Program-made: the position numbers and the translations under genes | In this document: one piece after another, positions 18,890-28,921 of the stretch | Layout: each line of letters starts with the position of its first letter | Position numbering within the stretch: position 1 is the stretch's first letter | Notes under the pieces: generated by a model | What the model saw: only the letters and a program-made list of their open reading frames with translations | Told to the model about the DNA's origin: nothing | Databases searched by the model: none | Assembly: GCA_965242695.1 (NCBI GenBank) | Contig: CBDESU010000002.1 | Span: 1,248,001 to 1,312,000, forward strand | DNA: 64,000 bases | Direction of reading: 5' to 3' | Source: Cenarchaeum sp. | GTDB taxonomy: Archaea > Thermoproteota > Nitrososphaeria > Nitrososphaerales > Nitrosopumilaceae

Positions 18890-20617
18890 ATGGGCCACCC
18901 CAAGATAGTGCTGACGGCCGACCGCACGCTCATGTCGCCGTACCGCAACCTCTCGCTCGCGACGTTCTTTGGGTGCGCGCCGGCGATCGACCCCCACCGC
19001 GACCCAAAGAGCATCTGGCACAAGCTGCTCGGCAAGCAGGTCACCCCAAAGATACTCTTCGACTTCATCTGCAACTACATACCCCACACCAACGGGGTGG
19101 CAGACTACGCGCCGTACGGCCTGCGCAAGGTCGAGGCCGGCCTCCTGCGGGACGGCTTTGATCGCCGGGACGTGGTCGTGGCCCACCCCGACCACATCGA
19201 GAGGTTCATCGGGCCGGAGACCGAGGTGGTCGGCACGTACGAGATGGACCCCCTCGGGATGGGGCCCGTCACGATGACGTTCACGTACGGCCGCAAGCAG
19301 ATGTCGTACGACGAGTTCTACTGCCGCGAGCTGCACGAGAGGATCAACGCGGCAAAGGAGAAGAACGGCAGCGCCGCAAAGGTCATCGCCGGCGCGTCGG
19401 GCACGTGGCAGTACAACTACGCGCCCGAAAAGATATCCGAGTACGGGCTGTACGCCATACTCGAGGGCGAGCTCGGCGGCATAGCCCCCGAGATCGACGG
19501 CCACGCCGGCCGGTTCTTCAACTACCTGATCAACGGCGACTTTGAGAACATGGACCCGTTCCGCAAGCGCAGCGACTTCAAGGTCAACATAAAGGAGTTC
19601 GAGAGGGGCGGCGAGAAGCTGCACGGCCGCTTCGTCAACTTTTGGGACCGCCCCGACCTGGAGGAGATACCCGAGATCGTCGAGCCGAGCATGCACGGCA
19701 TGATCGAGGTCATGCGCGGCTGCGGCAGGGGGTGCAAGTTCTGCGACGTCACGCTCAGGGCCCTGCGGTACTATCCGCCCGAGAAGGTAAAGCGCGAGAT
19801 CGAGGTCAACCTCAAGAGGGGCGGCGCAAAGTCGGCGTGGGTGCACAGCGACGACATCTTCGTGTACGGGATGGACCCGCGCACGAGCAAGGGGATGGAG
19901 CCGAACCGCGAGGCGCTCGAGGAGCTATTCACGGCGATAATGTCGACGGGGGTCGGGCACACGAACCCGACGCACGGCACGCTCGCCGGCGCGATAGCCG
20001 ACGAGCGGCTCATACCGAACATATCTGGGATAATCAAGGCCGGCCCAGACAACCTGACGGGCATACAGTGCGGGTTCGAGACGGGCAGCCTGCGCCTGAT
20101 CGAAAAGTACGCCGACCGCAAGCTCGCCCCGTACGCGCCCGAGGAGTGGCACTGGGTCGTCAAGGAGGGCGTCAAGACGCTCAACGAGAACTACTGGGTG
20201 CCGGCCTTTACGCTGATCATGGGGCTGGACAACGACGAGACGCCCGAGGACTCCTGGGAGACCATACAGATAATCAGCGACCTGGAGAGGGAGCAGCCAG
20301 AGTCCATGTTCACGACGACGCCGCTCACGTTCGTCCCGATAGGCCTGCTCGAAAAGTCCGAGTTCTTCAACATCGGCAACGAGATGGACCCCGCGCAGCT
20401 CGGCGTCATGTACAAGACGTGGCAGCACAACTTCAAGTACGGGATACAAAAGTTCATGACAAAGACGGGCAGCGGCAACAGCGTGCGCAGGACGTTCTTC
20501 AACCTCATCGCCCGCTCGCTCGGCGGCGTCCCGCTCGGCGCGATGGAGCGGTACGCGAGGCGCAAGGGCACCGAGCACGAGCGCGTCATCGAGAAGATAA
20601 AGGCGAGGTACTGGTAG
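18890..20617 (+). CDS. Radical SAM protein with B12-binding-like N-terminal domain
   Basis: CxxxCxxC 'RGCGRGCKFC', 'APYGLRKVEA', 'GFETGS'; TTTAAA box upstream. Confidence 0.9.
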   Translation: MGHPKIVLTADRTLMSPYRNLSLATFFGCAPAIDPHRDPKSIWHKLLGKQVTPKILFDFICNYIPHTNGVADYAPYGLRKVEAGLLRDGFDRRDVVVAHPDHIERFIGPETEVVGTYEMDPLGMGPVTMTFTYGRKQMSYDEFYCRELHERINAAKEKNGSAAKVIAGASGTWQYNYAPEKISEYGLYAILEGELGGIAPEIDGHAGRFFNYLINGDFENMDPFRKRSDFKVNIKEFERGGEKLHGRFVNFWDRPDLEEIPEIVEPSMHGMIEVMRGCGRGCKFCDVTLRALRYYPPEKVKREIEVNLKRGGAKSAWVHSDDIFVYGMDPRTSKGMEPNREALEELFTAIMSTGVGHTNPTHGTLAGAIADERLIPNISGIIKAGPDNLTGIQCGFETGSLRLIEKYADRKLAPYAPEEWHWVVKEGVKTLNENYWVPAFTLIMGLDNDETPEDSWETIQIISDLEREQPESMFTTTPLTFVPIGLLEKSEFFNIGNEMDPAQLGVMYKTWQHNFKYGIQKFMTKTGSGNSVRRTFFNLIARSLGGVPLGAMERYARRKGTEHERVIEKIKARYW

Positions 20618-20623
20618 GAGGGG

Positions 20624-21093
20624 GCGGCGGCCGGCGCCGCGTCACGCTGCCCCATGCTTCTGTCTCCTTTGCCTCCTTTGCCTTGCGCTCCAAAGCGGCG
20701 GCCGGCGCCGCGTCACGCTGCCCCATGCTTCTGTCTCCTTTGCCTCCTTTGCCTTGCGCTCCAAAGCGGCGGCCGGCGCCGCGTCACGCTGCCCCATGCT
20801 TCTGTCTCCTTTGCCTCCTTTGCCTTGCGCTCCAAAGCGGCGGCCGGCGCCGCGTCACGCTGCCCCATGCTTCTGTCTCCTTTGCCTCCTTTGCCTTGCG
20901 CTCCAAAGCGGCGGCCGGCGCCGCGTCACGCTGCCCCATGCTTCTGTCTCCTTTGCCTCCTTTGCCTCCTTTGCCTTGCGCTCCAAAGCGGCGGCCGGCG
21001 CCGCGTCACGCTACCCCATGCTTCTGTCTCCTTTGCCTCCTTTGCCTCCTTTGGCGCTCCAAAGCGGCGGCCGGCGCCGCGTCACGCTACCCC
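20624..21093. repeat. Intergenic tandem repeat, 71-bp unit, ~6.4 copies with internal 9-mer expansion
   Basis: Units start at 20624, 20695, 20766, 20837, 20908, 20988, 21064; later units carry an extra cctcctttg. Confidence 0.95.
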
Positions 21094-21159
21094 CTGTAGG
21101 GGGCCGCCGCGGCGCCTGTCCCAAACCTATAAAGCCGCCCCGCATGCGCGCGCGCACGC

Positions 21160-21348
21160 ATGGCAACCCACGGATCGCTCACAAAGGCCGGCAAGGTCCG
21201 CAGCCAGACTCCCAAGGTGGAGGGCCGCAAGAGGCCCGGCACCAACTCAAAGCTGCGCAACAAGAGCAACTACAGGAAGAGGTTCGTCCTCAACCCGGGC
21301 CGCTATCCGGGCCAGAACAAGCCCGGGCAGCGCAGAAGGCGCAGGTAG
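21160..21348 (+). CDS. rps30e: 30S ribosomal protein S30e
   Basis: 'HGSLTKAGKVRSQTPKV'; TATAAA box upstream. Confidence 0.96.
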   Translation: MATHGSLTKAGKVRSQTPKVEGRKRPGTNSKLRNKSNYRKRFVLNPGRYPGQNKPGQRRRRR

Positions 21349-21372
21349 GCCCACTCCGGCCTCACACGGCCG

Positions 21373-22266
21373 CTAGGCGGCCCTGTCCCCGTACGACTCG
21401 GCCGCCCCGCACTTTGACCGGTACGAACTGCCAAAGTCGGCGTTCCCGGCCAGGCGCCTCCCCCCAAAGACCGTCCCGTCGGTGCAGACCAGGTCCTCGC
21501 CCATGCAGCAGCTGCCGCACATGCCGACGGCGCACTTCATGACGCGCTCGACGCTCGCCTCGACGGGCAGGCCGTGCGAGTTGGCAATATGCACGGCCTT
21601 TGCCATCATGATCTCGGGGCCGCACGTGTACGCCATGCCAAACGAGCCGGCCCCGCGCCCGGCGACCACCTCCTCCATGACGTCGGTCGCAAACCCCCTC
21701 CTTCCGGCGGTGCCGTCCTCGGTGGCCACTACGACCTCGTGGTCTGCGCCGCGCAGCAGGCCCTCGGCAAGGCGGTCAAAGAACACCTCGCCGGCGGTGC
21801 GCGCCCCAATCACGACGGTCGCCCCGCCCGGCGGCCTTGCCCGCGCGAGCAGGCGCACTAGGGGGACCATCCCCGTCCCCCCGCCGACCAGCAGGGCCCT
21901 GCCGGGGCACGGCGAGAACGAGTTGCCAAACGGCCCGCGCACCCCCACCGTCCCGCCGGCCGGCGTCTCGTAGAGGCCCGTCGACGACGGGCCGTGCCTG
22001 CGGACCGTAAACGCGGCCCTGCCTGCTGCGTCGCCCGGCGCGATCATTACGCTCATGGGGAGCTCGCCCTTGCCGGGAACCCACACCATGGCGAACTGGC
22101 CCGGCCGCGCCGCATGCATCGCGCCGTCGGACAGGACGAGGGTGCGCACGGTCGGCGTCTCGTCGATCACCTCCTCTACGGTGCGGATGGCGGGGACTAG
22201 CCCCGCGGGGCCCGGCATGGCGCACGGGCTGCCCGCTGCGCCTTCCCCGTCACCTGCGCTGCGCAT
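21373..22266 (-). CDS. pyrK: Dihydroorotate dehydrogenase electron transfer subunit
   Basis: 'PGQFAMVW', 'RGPFGN', 'GGGTG', 'CGPEIM', 2Fe-2S motif 'CAVGMCGSC...C'; downstream of pyrD. Confidence 0.92.
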   Translation of the reverse strand: MRSAGDGEGAAGSPCAMPGPAGLVPAIRTVEEVIDETPTVRTLVLSDGAMHAARPGQFAMVWVPGKGELPMSVMIAPGDAAGRAAFTVRRHGPSSTGLYETPAGGTVGVRGPFGNSFSPCPGRALLVGGGTGMVPLVRLLARARPPGGATVVIGARTAGEVFFDRLAEGLLRGADHEVVVATEDGTAGRRGFATDVMEEVVAGRGAGSFGMAYTCGPEIMMAKAVHIANSHGLPVEASVERVMKCAVGMCGSCCMGEDLVCTDGTVFGGRRLAGNADFGSSYRSKCGAAESYGDRAA

Positions 22267-23248
22267 GCCCTACCATCTCCGATATCCTTCCAAACCCGTC
22301 GTCCTCCATGTACGATGCCAGCCCCGCGTTGATGCGCGAGAATACACCCGTCCCGCCGGGGCCAGCCGCGGCGCTGCCGACCTGCACGGCGCGGGCGCCG
22401 GCGAGTATGAACTCGGCCGCATCCTCCCACGAGCCCACGCCCCCGCAGCCGACCACGGGGATGCTGACGGCGCCGGCAAGCTCGTAGACGCACCTTACGG
22501 CGACGGGGCGTATGGGCGCCCCCGACAGGCCCCCGATGCGGTTGCTCAGGACGGGCCTCTTCGCATGCACGTCGATCCTCATGGCCCTCACTGTGTTTAT
22601 CGCGGTTATGGCCGAGGCGCCGGCATCGGCGGCCGCCTCGGCCGTCCGTATGAAGTGGGTCGTGCCCAGCCCGACCTTTGCCATAACGGGCGCGTCCGTG
22701 GCGCCTGCCGCCGCGGCGACTATCTTCCTTACGAGGCCCAGGTCGTCGCCGACCTCCAGCCCGACCCTTGCGACGTGGGGGCACGAGAGGTTTAGCTCGT
22801 ACGCGGCGATGCCGCCTCCGCCGCGCCCGCACCTGTCCTCGAACGCGCCGATCATCCGCACAAAGTCCGACTCTGCCGAGCCGACGAGGCTCGCGACGAC
22901 GGGAGCGCCGATCGGCTCCCCCGTCCTGCTGCCCGCGCTATCGCCGGCCTTCGACTCGCCGCCCCCGCACGCGGCGATCATGTCTGCCATGCCGGCGGCG
23001 CCGGGGTTGGACAGGCCTACCGCGTTGAGCCAGCCCCCGTCGATGCCGGCCCCGACGACGGTGGGATTGGCGTAGCCGTCCCACGGCTCGGTACTGACGG
23101 ACTTTGTCACGACGGCGCCGGCGCCCTCGGCGGCCAGCCGCCTGAACACGTCGGTCGAGATTCCGAGTATGCCGGATGCGAGCATCGCGGGGGCGGCCAT
23201 CCTGAACGACCCGCACACGTCGACTGCCAAGCTCGGCGCCACGGCCAT
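22250..23248 (-). CDS. pyrD: Dihydroorotate dehydrogenase (family 1B)
   Basis: 'NAVGLSNPG', 'ELNLSCPH', 'AINT', 'GGLSG', 'AVQVGS'. Confidence 0.94.
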   Translation of the reverse strand: MAVAPSLAVDVCGSFRMAAPAMLASGILGISTDVFRRLAAEGAGAVVTKSVSTEPWDGYANPTVVGAGIDGGWLNAVGLSNPGAAGMADMIAACGGGESKAGDSAGSRTGEPIGAPVVASLVGSAESDFVRMIGAFEDRCGRGGGGIAAYELNLSCPHVARVGLEVGDDLGLVRKIVAAAAGATDAPVMAKVGLGTTHFIRTAEAAADAGASAITAINTVRAMRIDVHAKRPVLSNRIGGLSGAPIRPVAVRCVYELAGAVSIPVVGCGGVGSWEDAAEFILAGARAVQVGSAAAGPGGTGVFSRINAGLASYMEDDGFGRISEMVGHAQRR

Positions 23249-23430
23249 GGCGGCGCATCCTGGTTAATAATGGTTGGCGGCCGGCGCCGGGTCGGTTCGC
23301 ACTGCCGTCCTCCCGTGCGGTAGCCGCACCCCTGCCCTGCTCGGGGCACTGCTTGCCGCAGGTATTCGCTCAGCCGGCAGGATTTGTCCCGAGCGGCGCC
23401 CTTAATACCGCCCCGCCAACCTTCTCGGCG

Positions 23431-23892
23431 ATGGCGGCCAGGCAGGAGGTTCTAGGCAGGAAAAAGGCGGGGAATAAGGCGCACCGCGCCGATCCGACCG
23501 TGGCCGAGTCGGCCGTGGTTGGCATAGCCGCCGCCGACGCGGCCGCAATGCCCGCGGGATGGAAGCCTAGCCGGTTCTTCGGGGCGTGGAAAAAGGAGGT
23601 AGCCGAGACGGCGGGGATGGACCTTGTCTGGAGCAACATGGGGCACTACGCTGGGTTTACGCCCGACTCGCTGGTGGAGGCCGTTGAATCGATCCTGCGC
23701 ACAACCGTAATGCGTGCCTACAAGTCGGACGACATTCACGAGGTAATTCTCGCATCGGACAACGACGGCGGCGCCATGCGGGCGTATGCTACCGCATTTG
23801 TGGACGCGTTTTGGAGGGACTTTTGGACCGAGTACCGCAAGAAGTACCCCGAGCCGAGAATCTCTTTGCGCCGCATCGGAGCCGTACCATAA
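23431..23892 (+). CDS. Hypothetical protein, copy 1 of duplicated gene
   Basis: Paralog of 26057-26533 with conserved reading frame; TTAATA box about 25 nt upstream. Confidence 0.72.
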   Translation: MAARQEVLGRKKAGNKAHRADPTVAESAVVGIAAADAAAMPAGWKPSRFFGAWKKEVAETAGMDLVWSNMGHYAGFTPDSLVEAVESILRTTVMRAYKSDDIHEVILASDNDGGAMRAYATAFVDAFWRDFWTEYRKKYPEPRISLRRIGAVP

Positions 23893-24005
23893 CCGAACAA
23901 CTTCGTGCGATCATGAGGCACAAGATGCGGATCGTTTGAGGGTCTGTACTGACATTGATCCGTCGCATGTACAAACCCGCATGCCTTGCATATTCCCTGC
24001 GCGGC

Positions 24006-25184
24006 CTAGGGCTGAGTAGCGTAGCCGACGCTGGCTGCCGCAAGCTGGGATATCACTTCCCTTTCCGCCTCTCGAAAGCCATCTTGCCCCTTTTTCCAAA
24101 AGCCCTCCCATGCGCTGTTCAGTATGGCGGAGATGCTTGTGGCACCTGCACCTTTTTCCTCTACTGTGGCATCGACGTAGCCGCGGAGGCCCGTCTGCCG
24201 CAGCGCACCCATGATGGCAGCGGTGATTTCATTGAGGATGTGGGCCGGAAAAGCATACTCGTACGCGGGCGTAGGCGCGCTGTACACGGGCGGCATTGCG
24301 TCCCACAACTCCCTGATCCTGGCCGCATCGCGCGCATTCCCTAGCATAACTAACCCCGCATCAAGCATGCGCATCCTGGCGTCGTCGGACGGGTGCGTCT
24401 GATTACCGGGCATGTCAAGCCTGTAAATTTCTGGCGAGGATTTGGACACTAGGTGCAAGTTGGCCCATGCATACGCAGGCCCAGCCGCGAACAAAGCAAA
24501 GAGGTCGCAAAAGGCCTCTTCCAACCACTCTCCCTTCCACTTAAGCATCATCCACTCTATGTCGGTTCGCACCGGCGGGGGCGTGGTATGCCGGCGCTTG
24601 GTGATCTCCAGCCCCCTGTAGTAGTCGTCGATGGCCCTCGTAGCCCTGTTTATTCCTGCCATGATTGGAGGTAAGCTTGCGGCCATGGCGTGGTCGTATA
24701 AATGGTGGCCTAGCTCATGATAAAAATCCGGCATGTGTAGCAGGAACCCTGTTTCGGACAGAGGAACAAATATGGTATTCATTTGCATATAGGTAAAGTA
24801 GTGCTCATTCGACGTGCATGATACCGCGGGGCACGGAAACTCCAGACCTATCTCGCGATGCATCAAGAAAAGAACATGGTTTAAAAGCCCAGATTCTTCG
24901 CTTTGGCAGTGCAGTGGCGGCATGCCGTACCCCTCGACCGCGCCTATGTTTCTGTCGCAAATTTTGATGATCTTGAGAGCCAGAGTGGCGCCGCCCTCGC
25001 CAACGCTATCAAGCGTGGTGGACGTAGCGGCGAGCAGTTGTCTCTGCTGGGCTAGGCGGCTCCTGCACTCGGATGCCAGATTCTCAAGGTTGGGATGCAC
25101 TTGAGTGTCCGGTATCATGCATGCCAGCGATTGTGCACGGTTTGCTTGCTCAGAGATCAGCCGCTTTAGGTATGGTACGATCAT
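24006..25184 (-). CDS. HEXXH zinc-metalloprotease-like protein (M48-like motif order)
   Basis: 'HELGHH', 'EEAFCD', 'THPSDDAR'; ATGA overlap with upstream gene; lower GC. Confidence 0.7.
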   Translation of the reverse strand: MIVPYLKRLISEQANRAQSLACMIPDTQVHPNLENLASECRSRLAQQRQLLAATSTTLDSVGEGGATLALKIIKICDRNIGAVEGYGMPPLHCQSEESGLLNHVLFLMHREIGLEFPCPAVSCTSNEHYFTYMQMNTIFVPLSETGFLLHMPDFYHELGHHLYDHAMAASLPPIMAGINRATRAIDDYYRGLEITKRRHTTPPPVRTDIEWMMLKWKGEWLEEAFCDLFALFAAGPAYAWANLHLVSKSSPEIYRLDMPGNQTHPSDDARMRMLDAGLVMLGNARDAARIRELWDAMPPVYSAPTPAYEYAFPAHILNEITAAIMGALRQTGLRGYVDATVEEKGAGATSISAILNSAWEGFWKKGQDGFREAEREVISQLAAASVGYATQP

Positions 25185-25585
25185 TTCCTGCGAATCTCCC
25201 TGTACAGGCAGCCACACACGTAGTCGAGGGCGTCGGATACGTCGTTGAGCGCCGCCATGTCTTCATCTGAGAGGAACACGCCGTCGCCCTTTTCTAGCCT
25301 TGCAGTGACCGACAGCAAGTCTTCCCTGACGCGCGGCCAGTTGTCGTGGTGGCGGGCATGCAGGAATTTTGACATCTTCTCGCCGTTGATCCCCAAATTG
25401 TAGTGGTTTATGCCCTTGAAGTACAGGCAGAGCGGGGCAAGGATGTCTAGGATGCTCTTGGTCTCGTCTGGCTGCGGCTCCCTTCGTCCTTCGCGTGTCC
25501 TGAGCGACTCGAGCACTAGGACATACGGCGTGAGCAGCTCCGAGGCGCGGTAGAGCCTAGTGGAGATCACGCTCAATCCGCTCAC
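25181..25585 (-). CDS. Hypothetical helical protein coupled to the HEXXH gene
   Basis: 134 aa; stop overlaps the next ATG. Confidence 0.65.
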   Translation of the reverse strand: MSGLSVISTRLYRASELLTPYVLVLESLRTREGRREPQPDETKSILDILAPLCLYFKGINHYNLGINGEKMSKFLHARHHDNWPRVREDLLSVTARLEKGDGVFLSDEDMAALNDVSDALDYVCGCLYREIRRK

Positions 25586-26056
25586 TCGGACTCACCCTCC
25601 ATCCATGATGTACCGCACACGTCCTGCTTCGCCACCGCATCTGCCCGCACGCCGCATCTTATAATGTTTAACCTGCGACCGGCGGGCGTTTGGACCTACG
25701 GGACGACTAGGCGGGCGTGGTAGGCTCCGCACGGCTGGGCGACGGCGACGGCGACGGCGACGGCGGGCGTAGTGCCTCACTGCCGCCGCCCCTGTGCGCC
25801 AGGCATGGTTAGAGGCGCGCCTGCCCGTGCCAGCTTTTTCATGGGCACGCCCGCATGTAATCACGTGCCAGCATGTGCCCCTCCTCTTACTCCGGCCGCC
25901 CGTAAGAAGTGGAATGCTACCGCCTCATCTTGGCTCGACGCAGTGACGTCTCCCTCTGCCCCCGCGCGCCCTACAGTGCAGCAACCGGGATGCATTTAGC
26001 CGGCAGGATTTGCCCCGAGCGCCGCCTTTAATACCGCCCTGCCGACCTTCTCGGCG

Positions 26057-26533
26057 ATGGCGGCCAGGCAGGCGGTTCTCAGCAGGAAAGAGGGGGAGAA
26101 GAAGAGGCGGCGCGCGTATCCCACCGTGGTCGAGTCGGCCGTGGTTGGCATAGCCGCCGCCGACGCGGCCGCAATGCCCGCGGAATGGAAGCCAAGCCGG
26201 TTCTTCGGGGCGTGGAAAAAAGAGGTCGGCAAGACGGCTGGCATGAACCTTGTCTGGAGCAACATGGGGCACTACGCGGGCTTTACGCCCGACTCGCTGG
26301 TGGAGGCCGTCGACTTGATCCTGCGCATAACAGCAATCCGTACCTACAAGTCAGACGACATACACGAGGTGATTCTTGCATCGGACAACGACGGCAGCGC
26401 CATGCGAGCGTACGCGACCGCGTTCGTGGACGCATTCTGGAGGGATTTCTGGACGGAATACCGCGAGAAATACCCGGAGCCCGGGATGGCGGCGGGGGCT
26501 GTAGCCGGCCTCGCTATGCGCCTGGCCCGGTGA
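26057..26533 (+). CDS. Hypothetical protein, copy 2 of duplicated gene
   Basis: Paralog of 23431-23892, including the promoter region. Confidence 0.72.
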   Translation: MAARQAVLSRKEGEKKRRRAYPTVVESAVVGIAAADAAAMPAEWKPSRFFGAWKKEVGKTAGMNLVWSNMGHYAGFTPDSLVEAVDLILRITAIRTYKSDDIHEVILASDNDGSAMRAYATAFVDAFWRDFWTEYREKYPEPGMAAGAVAGLAMRLAR

Positions 26534-27189
26534 CCTTGTACCTCCTCCTCAATTCCTTGGTCACAACACGATCGATACCGGCGTCCTGCATCACAACAAA
26601 TTCCGTCCCTGGCGGGATCGACGTACCGTCGGGCACCCTTATCTCCGACTCGGCGGCATGCACTGCCTCCTTCGGATCGTCGATTCTTTCATCGCTTTCC
26701 CGCATGCGCCGGGGCAAGGTGGTATACCATACGCAGCGTATGCTGGTGTGGATAATGTTGCCTATGGGCACTTGAATCTTGATTTTGCGCCCCCCGAACC
26801 ACAATTCGGGATTGACTGTGAGTGCCTTGAAGCCGCACCGCGTCCCGTCCTCCTCGATCCTGCTCTCGAACGTCCCACTCGTGTAGCTCTCGAGCTCAGG
26901 CGGGTCGATCCACCGGTATGCGTGATCCGAGCCGAGGGCCGTCCCGCAGAGCCAGGCACTGAACGCGCACATCGTCTCCTCCGAGTCTATGATCCTGCGG
27001 TATCCCGCTCGATCCTCCACGAGCGCATCTAGAAACAGCCGGTCGGACTCGGCCCTGTCTTTTTCGCATCTGGGCAGCCTCGTATCTCCCGAACACTTCG
27101 CTGCTCCCAAAGTATTTTTCGTCGACTACGCCCTCGTATTTCTGAACGGTCTGCCCTACATCTTCTGCTGCCGACAGTACTCCCTGCAT
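26514..27189 (-). pseudogene. Frameshifted gene with ADP-ribosyltransferase-like motifs
   Basis: N-part MQGVL...QMRK joins 'DRAESDRLFL' if one A is removed from the A5 run (27060-27064); motifs 'AYRW', 'FKALT', 'ESEIRVP..PGTEFVV'. Confidence 0.5.
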
Positions 27190-27548
27190 GGAAAGCGAGT
27201 CAAACGTGGCAATCTTTTTGCGCACGCCGCAGATGTCGATCGAGTGGCCCGGCGCTATCCTAGTCGCGCTGGCGGCGCCGCCGAAGCCTCTGCGCCCCGG
27301 CCCCTCGCGCTGCGCTGCGCCCCACCCGCCTTCGGGAGCCGACCATACGGCTGCCGTGTTCGCCATAGCCGCGTCAATCTGAGCAGTTCTATTTAACCGT
27401 TGTATAAGGTACTAGGACATTACGCAAGATGCCCGCTGTGCAGCCGTGCAGTGGCCTGCCCCCGCGCCGAGCGCCCGCCGCGAAGCATGCGGACGGGTGC
27501 CGAGGCGCCGACCGGATCCGCCCCTCGCCGGGCCGCCGCCCGCGGCCG

Positions 27549-28766
27549 CTACTCGTCTGGCACCTTGTACCACTTGCGCGGCTGGAAGAACCGCTTGACG
27601 AGCAGGGCCGTGCCGGCAAGGTACACGAATATGCCGATCGGCTCGATCCAGTTGCGGCCCGACTCGCCGGCCGTTATGCCGAGCGCGGGCTCTACGACGA
27701 ACAGGAACAGCGCGCCGACCATGAGCGGGGCCATGGCGACAAAGAACAGCATGAGCGTGACAGAGTCCCTGAACGCCCTTGCCAGGTCCCTGTACGAGCC
27801 GTGCGGCCTCTTCCACCTGCCGGGGCCGACCCACACCTGCATGCCGCTCGCGTACCAGTGGACCATCCCCTGCAGGAACATGGCGCCAATGATGTTGCCG
27901 AGCGTGACGGGCACCAGGTTCTTGAACCACGCCTCGCCCCAGGTGTACTCGCCGCCCGCCCACAGGCCGGCCGAGAGCGCAAAGTGGTTTACGATGCTGT
28001 GCTCGAACCCGATCGCAAAGAATATCGAGGCCGGTATCCCGATGAGCAGCACCTTGCCGACTATATCCTTGGTGCGGTACGCGCCCCACACGCCCATTGC
28101 GATCAGCCAGTTGGCCAGTATGGCCCTGTAGAAGAGCTCGTCCCACGTGTGGCCGCTTACCTTTTTCTCGCCGATGCCGGCCATGACTTCCATGAGCGGC
28201 GCGCCGAACGAGCCGGCCTGCGAGGCCCCCACGATGATGAGCCACCCTACGACGAACCCGCCTACCCAGTGGCCCGAGTGGGTGATCGACCACTCCCAGA
28301 GCACCTCCCTCCACCGCGCCTGCCGCGTCATCAGCGACACGCTCGCAGTCAGGTAGTCGCCCGTCACGAGGTTCGAGCCGTACAGTATGACGAGGACCAG
28401 CGCCGACACGCCGAACATCATAAAGCCGAGGAACTTGCCTAGGCCCCCCGACAGGTCGTCCGTGACGGCGAACATGACGGCCCACGCCAGGAACGCGCCG
28501 AACGCCAGGTATGCGGTCGCCTGCCAGCCGAGCAGTATGCCCTGCGCGGGGTTTACCTTTGACTTTGAGACGCCCATCGCGCTGAGGGTGCGGATGGTGT
28601 CGGGCAGGTTGAACAGGCCCGTGTTGATGCGCGGCGGGCCCTCGCCGTCGGGGCCCTCGCCGGGGGAGGCCGACCGGCTCTCGCCGGGCCCCGCCTTTAC
28701 GTCGTCCTTTTCGGTCGTCACGCCGGTCCGGCCCTCGGCCGGCCCGGTCGCGTCCCCGTCCGCCAC
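27549..28766 (-). CDS. Formate/nitrite transporter (FNT) family channel with extra C-terminal TMs
   Basis: 'GSNLVTG', 'RAILANWL', 'FEHSIVN', 'NLVPVTLGNIIG'; GTG start after a TTTTATTA box. Confidence 0.88.
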   Translation of the reverse strand: MADGDATGPAEGRTGVTTEKDDVKAGPGESRSASPGEGPDGEGPPRINTGLFNLPDTIRTLSAMGVSKSKVNPAQGILLGWQATAYLAFGAFLAWAVMFAVTDDLSGGLGKFLGFMMFGVSALVLVILYGSNLVTGDYLTASVSLMTRQARWREVLWEWSITHSGHWVGGFVVGWLIIVGASQAGSFGAPLMEVMAGIGEKKVSGHTWDELFYRAILANWLIAMGVWGAYRTKDIVGKVLLIGIPASIFFAIGFEHSIVNHFALSAGLWAGGEYTWGEAWFKNLVPVTLGNIIGAMFLQGMVHWYASGMQVWVGPGRWKRPHGSYRDLARAFRDSVTLMLFFVAMAPLMVGALFLFVVEPALGITAGESGRNWIEPIGIFVYLAGTALLVKRFFQPRKWYKVPDE

Positions 28767-28921
28767 GCCGCGCGCCCCTGCATGCACGTAATAAAACCGA
28801 TTGCGGCCATGCCGGGGCCGCGCCACACTGCCCCCGGGGGAGGGGGCAGTGCCATCCACTGTAGCCGCGTTGCCGCCTGCCACGGATTCAAACTTAATAT
28901 CCGCGGCCGCGGCCGCGCCGC

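Noticed and set aside
20624-21093. CRISPR array
   Set aside because: Units are contiguous and near-identical with no unique spacers; no cas genes in the window.
25740-25765. (cgacgg)n microsatellite
   Set aside because: Short and intergenic, with no evident function.
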